From a virus (lineage: Duplodnaviria > Caudoviricetes), in IMG/VR virus record IMGVR_UViG_3300025154_000017, positions 1 through 51,920 of that record: 51,920 nucleotides of DNA; one strand, 5' to 3'. Positions 1-6,933 of this stretch are shown piece after piece. Below the pieces are notes generated by a model. It ran no database searches. It saw only the letters and a list, made by a program, of their open reading frames with translations, and was not told where the DNA came from. Made by a program: the position numbers and the translations under genes. Numbering within the stretch: the stretch's first letter is position 1; each line of letters begins with the position of its first letter.

Positions 1-126
1 AAAAACTCAGGATGTTTTGTAATGTCATCTGAAGTTCCTTTTACCTCTGTGATCTTCTCTGTGACAAGAAAATCAATAAGCTCAACCCCTTCGAGTTCAG
101 AGTCAAAGCCATACTTATCCTTTACT
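1..126. repeat. Terminal direct repeat (circular-assembly overlap), copy 1
   Basis: 1..126 is identical to 51795..51920, and an ORF reads through the junction. Confidence 0.97.
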
Positions 127-344
127 GCCTTCTCAATCTTCGTTGCACCTTCCTTTATGCCACGCTTGTATTGATCGGTTCCGTCGCTTTTCAGTTTCTT
201 AATCCTGTCGCTGTCGGCTTTTTCAGCTATGGTCAAATCGACTAACTCTCCGGCATCGTTGTAAAGGCTTGCCAGTTCCTCGGTGTCAATCTTTAAGGTT
301 TTTGACAAAAAACCCTGTAACAACTTTTTTTCTTCTGCTGTCAT
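1..344 (-). CDS. Capsid scaffolding protein, N-terminal part (ORF wraps the origin; about 284 aa in total)
   Basis: ATG at 344 (MTAEEKKLLQGF...) reads open through the junction into 51284..51794; charged and helical; immediately upstream of the major capsid gene. Confidence 0.75.
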   Translation of the reverse strand, partial: MTAEEKKLLQGFLSKTLKIDTEELASLYNDAGELVDLTIAEKADSDRIKKLKSDGTDQYKRGIKEGATKIEKAVKDKYGFDSELEGVELIDFLVTEKITEVKGTSDDITKHPEF

Positions 345-530
345 CTATTTTGATTTAGTGATCTTCTTTACTTCGGGTTCCGGCTTGATGATCTGTGGAA
401 CCTTTGTCATTAACGGCTTCACGTCACGCACTTTGTACTTGCGTATCTGCTCGCCTGCGACAAGTTTATCATATATCTCATCTGATACATAATGAGCCTT
501 GCCTGTTTTCTTCGAAATCAACTCTTTCAT
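345..530 (-). CDS. Small basic hypothetical protein
   Basis: 61-aa ORF coupled to both neighbours (ATGA overlap upstream, TAG-ATG downstream). Confidence 0.7.
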   Translation of the reverse strand: MKELISKKTGKAHYVSDEIYDKLVAGEQIRKYKVRDVKPLMTKVPQIIKPEPEVKKITKSK

Positions 531-868
531 TTCTTCTTACGCTTAATGGGTGCTTTCTTGACAACCGCTTTAGGTGCTTCAGTGACGGGATCACCCGTTA
601 CATCTGGTACGCTTGTGTTGACCTTTACGGCTGCGGGATCACCTTCAGTCACTTCAGGAACTTTCACTTCAGGTACCGACTTTAACGGAGGCTTTATGAT
701 AATCGGCTTCATTGTCGGCTTGATCAGCGGCTTGGAGAGCTCAACGGGCTTGGTAAGTAGCAGTTCCGTTTCACTGATCGCACCATAAAATCGTTTTGCA
801 ACCTTGAAAGCAGCGGCACTCAGTGTAATTGACTTGCCGTTGATAATACATTTTACCTTATCTGCCAT
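527..868 (-). CDS. Pro/Lys-rich hypothetical protein
   Basis: 113-aa ORF, first gene after a TAAATTTG promoter motif. Confidence 0.7.
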   Translation of the reverse strand: MADKVKCIINGKSITLSAAAFKVAKRFYGAISETELLLTKPVELSKPLIKPTMKPIIIKPPLKSVPEVKVPEVTEGDPAAVKVNTSVPDVTGDPVTEAPKAVVKKAPIKRKKK

Positions 869-886
869 TTCTATTCAATATTTTGT

Positions 887-894
887 CAAATTTA
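887..894 (-). promoter_or_regulatory. Bacteroidota-type -7 promoter element (capsid operon)
   Basis: TAAATTTG matches TAnnTTTG in AT-rich intergenic DNA. Confidence 0.6.
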
Positions 895-975
895 TAAACA
901 ATTGTTCAATAAACAAAATTTTTTATTAAACAAATTCTTTTGTCATATTCGGAGATGATAAATATCAGTATTAAG

Positions 976-1061
976 CGGAGAGCAGAGTATTCGAAACTCA
1001 CTCCTTTTAACGAGCCTATCGTTTAGCAAACGTAGCCACAGACACCCGCGGTTTACTCTCC
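976..1061 (-). tRNA. tRNA-Ser(GCT)
   Basis: GGAGAGT acceptor strand, loop TTGCTAA, long variable arm, TTCGAAT T-loop, G73; anticodon stem imperfect. Confidence 0.75.
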
Positions 1062-1066
1062 ATTAG

Positions 1067-1135
1067 TGGGAGCAATAGGCATCGAACCTATTATTTGGGG
1101 CTTTACAGGCCCGTCTTCTCCAAAGAATTACTCCC
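1067..1135 (-). tRNA. tRNA-Tyr(GTA), compact 69-nt form
   Basis: GGGAGTA/TGCTCCC acceptor, GGGC-CTGTAAA-GCCC anticodon arm, ATAGG-TTCGATG-CCTAT T-arm, A73. Confidence 0.75.
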
Positions 1136-1141
1136 TCATTG

Positions 1142-1233
1142 CGGATGGTGTAGGACTCGAACCTACACGCCGTGTTTAGCGACCTACGGTTTTCAAGACC
1201 GTCCCACTTAGGCCTACTGTGGTTTAACCATCC
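1142..1233 (-). tRNA. tRNA-Ser(TGA)
   Basis: ACGGT-CTTGAAA-ACCGT anticodon arm, long variable arm, GTAGG-TTCGAGT-CCTAC T-arm, G73. Confidence 0.9.
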
Positions 1234-1238
1234 ATTTG

Positions 1239-1314
1239 TGCCGCAGGTGAGATTCGAACTCACATAATTATTAGTTCCTAAGACTAACGCACGTGCCAAT
1301 TCTGCTACTGCGGC
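1239..1314 (-). tRNA. tRNA-Leu(TAG), short variable region
   Basis: GCCGCAG/CTGCGGC acceptor, TTAGT-CTTAGGA-ACTAA anticodon arm, 7-nt variable region, A73. Confidence 0.88.
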
Positions 1315-1320
1315 ATTTTG

Positions 1321-1396
1321 TACTCCGGGTCGGATTCGAACCGACACTGAACGGGGCTTAAACCCGTTGCCATTCTACCAGTTGGGCTACCGGAGC
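1321..1396 (-). tRNA. tRNA-Leu(TAA), short variable region
   Basis: GCTCCGG/CCGGAGT acceptor, ACGGG-TTTAAGC-CCCGT anticodon arm, 5-nt variable loop, A73. Confidence 0.88.
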
Positions 1397-1426
1397 AAAA
1401 TAAAAAACCCCGCTTATAAGGCGAGG
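1397..1426 (-). terminator. Intrinsic terminator (attenuator 3:4 hairpin) directly upstream of the tRNA array
   Basis: CCTCGC-CTTATAA-GCGGGG followed by TTTTTTATTTT. Confidence 0.85.
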
Positions 1427-1450
1427 CGCAAACTATAATATATACATAGC

Positions 1451-1510
1451 TCACCTACCCCGCCATAAAGACAAGAGCGATAGTGAACTATATAATAAAT
1501 CTCTTTTCAT
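1451..1510 (-). CDS. Attenuator leader peptide MKRDLLYSSLSLLSLWRGR
   Basis: ATG 7 nt after the TATATTTG promoter motif; 11 consecutive Leu/Ser/Tyr codons; overlaps alternative hairpins. Confidence 0.85.
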   Translation of the reverse strand: MKRDLLYSSLSLLSLWRGR

Positions 1511-1517
1511 ACCTATG

Positions 1518-1547
1518 CAAATATAACTATATTTAATAATTTACAAC
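1518..1547 (-). promoter_or_regulatory. Bacteroidota-type promoter for the leader/tRNA operon
   Basis: TATATTTG (-7) at 1518..1525 with GTTG (-33-like) 18 nt upstream. Confidence 0.75.
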
Positions 1548-1564
1548 ACATTTTAATTATTTTT

Positions 1565-1711
1565 TTACTCAGGCACGTAATCCAGTTCCCCGCTTTCTCC
1601 CATTGACTGCAATAGGTATTCACTCATAACGTAAACGACCTCTTCTTTCGTGTAAGTCGGTTTGTCGCCCCACGTACTCTCAAGTACCTCACTCGGTTTT
1701 TTGTCTTTCAT
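1565..1711 (-). CDS. Small hypothetical protein (48 aa, MKDKKPSEVLEST...)
   Basis: Hand-translated ORF below the track cutoff; overlaps the end of the MuF-like gene. Confidence 0.5.
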   Translation of the reverse strand: MKDKKPSEVLESTWGDKPTYTKEEVVYVMSEYLLQSMGESGELDYVPE

Positions 1712-2657
1712 TTTGTGCTTTTATCATTCGTTCTGCAATACTGTCTAATAGATACCCGATGCTATGACGGCAGTTGTAGCCGCCTCGGTCAGTGATGGGG
1801 TCGTAACCCGGATATGACAAATACGAAGGCACAACAGACGTGTCACGTTGTTTAACTTTATACCCCACAGGATATACACCCTGATCAGGCGTCCATGTCC
1901 GCCACTTTTCAGCATCCTCCTTTTTGAATATCTTACCGAGGTTTGCGACACAAAAGTCACGGCTATCCTTTACGATGCTGCCCTGATAAATGAAATAGTT
2001 CATTCCTGTTTCATCAGCCAGTGCGGTTGCATAGGCCGAATCGTACTGCATATAAATATCATGCGCATAACGATTGAACTGCTTTTCAATGCCTCCGGGT
2101 TTCACATCGTCACCGACAATCAAAGTATTCAGTCCTTTAATGTAATCCTTCATAGGGAACTGACCCGTTACTGCTTGAGCCGTGAACTGCTTCACATCCA
2201 AAAGTAAAGATTCGTTCTTTATCAAAGTCTCAAAGAACCCACCTGAAACGATATTGCCCCCTTCCAGTCCTAACCTCATGCCGATCTTCTTTGCAGCACC
2301 TTCAGCGACCTTAGCGAATAACTCAGGCGTTTCAAGTCCCATCATCACCTCGAAGTAAGTAACGTTTGCTTTCGTTATCCCTGCAACCGAGCCGCCGACC
2401 TCTTTAACAAACGGAATCCGCTGACCTTTCTGAAAGTCCGAATAAACTTTGTCAAGTGCAGCTAATAGCCGGTAGTTTTTCAGAGTGTTGCGAATACGAC
2501 CACCGGACATATCCAATTGCGGGATGATCTCTGCCGTCACCTTTGAGACAAGCATATCCTGCATCTTGCGAATAGTCTTGTTAAGGCTTGTTTCGCTCGA
2601 CAAAAGATACTGCTCTTTTTTCTTGAGCAACTCGCCCACCCTTTTAGGTAACTTCAT
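1689..2657 (-). CDS. Minor capsid / head morphogenesis protein (MuF/SPP1 gp7-like)
   Basis: C-terminal SRDFC...RGGYNCRH motif; lies downstream of portal. Confidence 0.75.
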   Translation of the reverse strand: MKLPKRVGELLKKKEQYLLSSETSLNKTIRKMQDMLVSKVTAEIIPQLDMSGGRIRNTLKNYRLLAALDKVYSDFQKGQRIPFVKEVGGSVAGITKANVTYFEVMMGLETPELFAKVAEGAAKKIGMRLGLEGGNIVSGGFFETLIKNESLLLDVKQFTAQAVTGQFPMKDYIKGLNTLIVGDDVKPGGIEKQFNRYAHDIYMQYDSAYATALADETGMNYFIYQGSIVKDSRDFCVANLGKIFKKEDAEKWRTWTPDQGVYPVGYKVKQRDTSVVPSYLSYPGYDPITDRGGYNCRHSIGYLLDSIAERMIKAQNERQKTE

Positions 2658-2887
2658 TTATTTGGCTTATAAAACTGTTTTTTTAATCTTGAATATGTCG
2701 CCATTGCGCTTTCGATGTTAAAGTCCTCTATGCAAAGGTACTTGAAATAACTGTAAATAGACTGCTCAATAGTTATTGCAGGGACAATGCTTCTTTGCGC
2801 CTCAACCCAAAAGTAAAGCGAAATATCATCGAATGCCCATCGGTAGATAGTCTCAATTGTTCCTATGTAACCTTTTTTTCGAGGCAT
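2654..2887 (-). CDS. Hypothetical protein
   Basis: 77-aa ORF in operon. Confidence 0.6.
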   Translation of the reverse strand: MPRKKGYIGTIETIYRWAFDDISLYFWVEAQRSIVPAITIEQSIYSYFKYLCIEDFNIESAMATYSRLKKQFYKPNK

Positions 2888-3500
2888 GAGTGTAACGTTG
2901 TTTTAACTTGCGATCCGTTTTAACAAGTGTTTGCGAAGTGATGTGGTCAACCTGCACGGCACATATTAACCAGTGATCAATCTTTGCAACCTTGATTTGT
3001 TCGGCATGAACGTTGTCAGAATACCAAAACTCGTAGTATTCATCCAGCCGTCCGATCTTCGTCCAAATGTCTTTGTGTTGAAATATACACCAACCTGTAA
3101 AGAATAGGCCAATAGTGTAACCCTTGTAAGCATTGTAGCCCTTTGTGAGATGACGGTGTTGCATGGCATTGCTCAGTGCCGAGGCTGAAAGGATTTCGTT
3201 CTCACGCATGATGTCACCTATCTCTGACCATCCTTTGTGAAATATCAGATCGTTGTTTGCTAGGATTTGTATATCCCCGGTGCGGTGCTTTAATCCTTCA
3301 TTTAAGCATCGGTTATAATTGAACGGCCCGGTAAAAAGTATATAATTGCTTACTCCTCGATAATGTGTTTTTCTGAATGTCTCGATTAAAATAACGTTCA
3401 CATCAGCCCCGTCAGCCAGACAACTGTCAATGGCTCGCTGGGTCATCTCTGTTAGTGACCTGTCCCGTGAGGCAACGACCATGATTAAATCGTACTTCAT
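2853..3500 (-). CDS. Glycosyltransferase, GT2/GT-A fold
   Basis: FNYNRCLNEG, ILANND (DxD-like) and LDE..FWYSD motifs. Confidence 0.8.
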   Translation of the reverse strand: MKYDLIMVVASRDRSLTEMTQRAIDSCLADGADVNVILIETFRKTHYRGVSNYILFTGPFNYNRCLNEGLKHRTGDIQILANNDLIFHKGWSEIGDIMRENEILSASALSNAMQHRHLTKGYNAYKGYTIGLFFTGWCIFQHKDIWTKIGRLDEYYEFWYSDNVHAEQIKVAKIDHWLICAVQVDHITSQTLVKTDRKLKQRYTHASKKRLHRNN

Positions 3501-4115
3501 TCAGAAGATATAAACGTTACCTGGTGTTGACTGATTTAATCCTATGTGCTTCATGGCATAGTCTTTTAAATAGCACGGAGGGCAGCCTCTCTGACGATAA
3601 AAGCCTCCGATTGAATAGTCACCCTGCTTTAAGTGAACAAAGTCGTCACAGAGCATCTTAACGTACTTCGTAGGGGCAAGCTGAAACGCTCCGCCGGTAT
3701 GCGAAACATATTCGACATTCAACCCAGCGACAACTCGCTTCTTTAAGATGTTAGGATAAAAGTTAGGATCAATCAGCAGGTCAGGTGGTGAAACAGCATG
3801 AGGCCCGGATTCTTCAATGAACTTGACCATCTTTGCAATCAAATCCTCGGTGACCGTCTCAACATCATTGTCAAGTTTCAGGATGTAGTCGTAATCCAAA
3901 AGGTTCTGCACACCGTAATAAAACGCTGCGGCTATGCCTTCGTTCTTGCCTAATTCGATCCGGTTACGGTCTTTCAACCATTCGAGCGTTCCGTCAGTCG
4001 ATCCGTTATCGACAAATAGATGAAAGTCAACTCCGGTCTTTACTTCAAAACTCTCTGTTGTTCGCTTCGTCAGATCAAGGCGATTGTAGGTTATTGTTAC
4101 TGCGGCAACTTTCAT
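3501..4115 (-). CDS. Glycosyltransferase family 2
   Basis: TYNR, VDNGSTDGT, N.GIA.A and KLDND motifs. Confidence 0.9.
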   Translation of the reverse strand: MKVAAVTITYNRLDLTKRTTESFEVKTGVDFHLFVDNGSTDGTLEWLKDRNRIELGKNEGIAAAFYYGVQNLLDYDYILKLDNDVETVTEDLIAKMVKFIEESGPHAVSPPDLLIDPNFYPNILKKRVVAGLNVEYVSHTGGAFQLAPTKYVKMLCDDFVHLKQGDYSIGGFYRQRGCPPCYLKDYAMKHIGLNQSTPGNVYIF

Positions 4116-4354
4116 TTCTTATATCCATTACATGAGTACATAAAGTAAATCCTATGGTTATGCAACCATAATAATATTCTATTCCGCAACGATCTTTTAT
4201 ATTTTCGATACGAAGTAACCCCCACGTTTCTGCCGTTAAGATATGCGCGACATGGATCTATAAGGTTTTTATCATACCATGCATCAATAGCATATTCTTC
4301 AGTCTTTGACTCTGGAATAATTTCTAATATCTCATTAATTATTTCTGCCTTCAT
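4112..4354 (-). CDS. Hypothetical protein
   Basis: 80-aa AT-rich ORF between GT genes. Confidence 0.55.
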   Translation of the reverse strand: MKAEIINEILEIIPESKTEEYAIDAWYDKNLIDPCRAYLNGRNVGVTSYRKYKRSLRNRILLWLHNHRIYFMYSCNGYKK

Positions 4355-4535
4355 GTTCTTTGGGTTTTATTATTTTGCCCTTAACAGGACCGTATGAATT
4401 GCCTTTGTTATCTATAAATTTTATCCATACCGGATTATCTCCAATAAGATCATATAGCCACGGATTATCTTTAAAATCCTGCATTGTGAAGCCATAATTA
4501 CTAATCTGTTTATTTATATCATTCATATTCACCAA
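4335..4535 (-). CDS. Hypothetical protein
   Basis: 66-aa AT-rich ORF between GT genes. Confidence 0.5.
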   Translation of the reverse strand: MVNMNDINKQISNYGFTMQDFKDNPWLYDLIGDNPVWIKFIDNKGNSYGPVKGKIIKPKEHEGRNN

Positions 4536-5131
4536 TCATAAGACCCAGGCAAATGACAAACAAAATACTCCGGTGTAGCAATCTTACCAAATTTTCTTGA
4601 CTTCATCATCAAACTCTGGTTAAAATAATGATCGTGAGCATAACCCCTGTGACCCCAACGTGCGCCTAACTCCCTTTTATGGCAGATATTTGACGTCCCG
4701 TTCTGCCCTAACTTCCTTATGTCACAGTTGCGCTCAACCCAATCGCCACCTGAGTAAATAATGTCATTATAAAACACCCAATCATAATCCTTCAGCCCGT
4801 CAGCGATCTTCTGTAAATGATTTTCTCCCCAATAGTCGTCAATGTCACAATAAATAATGAACTCACCCATTGCTTGTTCAATTCCCGTGTTCCGAGGCGC
4901 ACCGTCCCACATCGGCGCTTTCTTAATCAAAGTAGTCGTTATCCTTTCGTCGGTGAATTGCTTCATCAGGTCCATTGTTAGTTGACAGCCGTCAGCAACG
5001 ACCTGTAATTCAAAGTCTGTAAACGTTTGATCCAATACTGACTGCACTGCACGGACAATCTTTTCTTCACGACGAGAGGCCGCACCTGGATATTGCGACA
5101 ATAGTGACGGCATTATACAACTGAACTTCAT
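4529..5131 (-). CDS. Glycosyltransferase family 2
   Basis: AVQSVLDQTFTDFEL.VV.DG, RNTGI..A.GEFI.Y.DIDD motifs. Confidence 0.92.
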   Translation of the reverse strand: MKFSCIMPSLLSQYPGAASRREEKIVRAVQSVLDQTFTDFELQVVADGCQLTMDLMKQFTDERITTTLIKKAPMWDGAPRNTGIEQAMGEFIIYCDIDDYWGENHLQKIADGLKDYDWVFYNDIIYSGGDWVERNCDIRKLGQNGTSNICHKRELGARWGHRGYAHDHYFNQSLMMKSRKFGKIATPEYFVCHLPGSYDW

Positions 5132-6930
5132 TCTTCGACTGTTTCAACTCGTTCCTCTTCTGTGAACGTCAACTCCGGTTCCTTTGGCTTGGCCTCTTCC
5201 ATTTGCAAAATATATTCTTCACACTTAGCCTTGACCTTCTCAGTGATCACATCGTCAGCCATGTCATATATCCATACCTCGCTTTCCTGTTCGAGGTCAT
5301 TGAAAATAGATTCCAGATTTGCCCACAAAACAGCGTTGTAATGCGTTGTAAGGTTCTGCGAGATCAATAGCCTCACGTTCTCCTCGCTGTAGCCCCTGAA
5401 CGGGTTGTAGGCGTTCTTAATGCGTATAATCTTCAACTCTTCGGGCCGGTCAGCATAAAGCATCTCGTTAATATCATCTTCGATAGCTGCAATCGTCGAA
5501 GTAGAAGCACCGGCATCTTTTGCTCGTTTGAGTTCATCCATCATGTCGGCCTGAGTTTTGAACTTGAAGTCATCGGGGTATTGGTGTTCGACTATCAATC
5601 CCATGCCTAAGTCAGTAAAAGTAGCAATGTCCGTAACGACAAACTCCCACAAAGTAGAAAGTGCCGAAGCAAAAGGCTTCAATGTGTCGTTCATATTGTC
5701 CTCGGTGATCTTCACCTCGGTTGCCGTATTCGTGAGTTCATTGCGGGTCATCAACTCCTTGTTGAACATCATCAAATAAACCGAAGCCCGTAAACTCTGG
5801 ATGTACTGTTCTTGAAATTTTAATAGTTCAATCGGAGGTGACTTATACACTAATAGCTTTTCAAGATCAATCATCTCCGTTGTGTCATACGGAATATTAA
5901 GCGTGACAACATCCATCGTAGAAGCATGAATTGGTTCCTTGCCCGTTCCGTGACAAGTGCCGCAAGTTTTACCATCAGGCGTCACCCCACCCTTACAATC
6001 AGGGCAAGGATTAACATACCTGAACCGTTGCGGGAATGCAGTCATAGCAGTTGATAAGTCCAGTTCACTGTCGATCTTCAGCGTCTTATTCAGATACGGC
6101 ATCACATCATGAAATACTGAAATATACGTCCTGCCCTGTGTCTGTGAGTCGTACTTAAAGCCGAAGCGACGTGCTGGTATCTTGTCACCTTGCGGTACAA
6201 AGTACGCAACTGTATAATACTTGCCACCGATCTCAATACCGTCAGGGAAGCCGTCGTCTGTGACAAATAGCATCGGTTTATCACGCACCTCAGTAAAGAC
6301 AATCGTATCAGTGCCGAGATAAATAGTGTATTTCGTGCCTTCGTATTCTTTGCCTTCGAGATCAGTCAGTGTGATCGGCAGCTTAACGACCAGGTATTGA
6401 AGAATGTTGTTTTTGAACTCAAGCATTATCGCCTGCTCCGAAGTAGCGATGAACGGATAAGGCTTTGCTTTCTCTTTACGTGCGTCGAACTCGTCAAACT
6501 CAGTTATCAGAAAAGCATTCGGGTCAAGATAGTTATAGTCAACATACGCATACTCAAAGAACTTCTCTAACGAAGCGTCGCCCCAATATTCAGCGATCTT
6601 CAGTTCAAGTTCTGCCTGACGCTTTTCATAGTCGCCTTCAGTCTCCCAGTCGATCTTACGTACTTTGGGTTTCTTACGGACCGCTTTCTGAAACGACAAC
6701 TTCGTCGAGGCCAACGTCGGAGGGATAATTGAATTTGTGATCGTCTTACGCATCTCGAACTCGTCAACTGTTTCACGTGAAACAATCCTGCGAAGCAGAT
6801 CACTTATGCCGTCACCAGAGACCATCTTATAGTATTCATCTGCGAGATCGCACACGCGTTTATAATCTCTGTGGCGGATGTTATCTGTAACGATGCGTCG
6901 CAATTCTTTAAAGCCTTCTATCTTGTCCAT
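5128..6930 (-). CDS. Portal protein (with a DnaJ-like Zn-finger insertion)
   Basis: 600 aa directly after terL; helical; TATE motif; CPDCKGG...CGTCHGTG insertion. Confidence 0.8.
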   Translation of the reverse strand: MDKIEGFKELRRIVTDNIRHRDYKRVCDLADEYYKMVSGDGISDLLRRIVSRETVDEFEMRKTITNSIIPPTLASTKLSFQKAVRKKPKVRKIDWETEGDYEKRQAELELKIAEYWGDASLEKFFEYAYVDYNYLDPNAFLITEFDEFDARKEKAKPYPFIATSEQAIMLEFKNNILQYLVVKLPITLTDLEGKEYEGTKYTIYLGTDTIVFTEVRDKPMLFVTDDGFPDGIEIGGKYYTVAYFVPQGDKIPARRFGFKYDSQTQGRTYISVFHDVMPYLNKTLKIDSELDLSTAMTAFPQRFRYVNPCPDCKGGVTPDGKTCGTCHGTGKEPIHASTMDVVTLNIPYDTTEMIDLEKLLVYKSPPIELLKFQEQYIQSLRASVYLMMFNKELMTRNELTNTATEVKITEDNMNDTLKPFASALSTLWEFVVTDIATFTDLGMGLIVEHQYPDDFKFKTQADMMDELKRAKDAGASTSTIAAIEDDINEMLYADRPEELKIIRIKNAYNPFRGYSEENVRLLISQNLTTHYNAVLWANLESIFNDLEQESEVWIYDMADDVITEKVKAKCEEYILQMEEAKPKEPELTFTEEERVETVEE

Positions 6931-6933
6931 TAT

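Noticed and set aside
1-126. Terminal repeat as a biological DTR or att site
   Set aside because: It falls mid-gene and its length fits an assembler k-mer overlap; it shows circularity only.
1063-1347. 94-aa ORF in the track
   Set aside because: It overlaps four tRNA genes; spurious.
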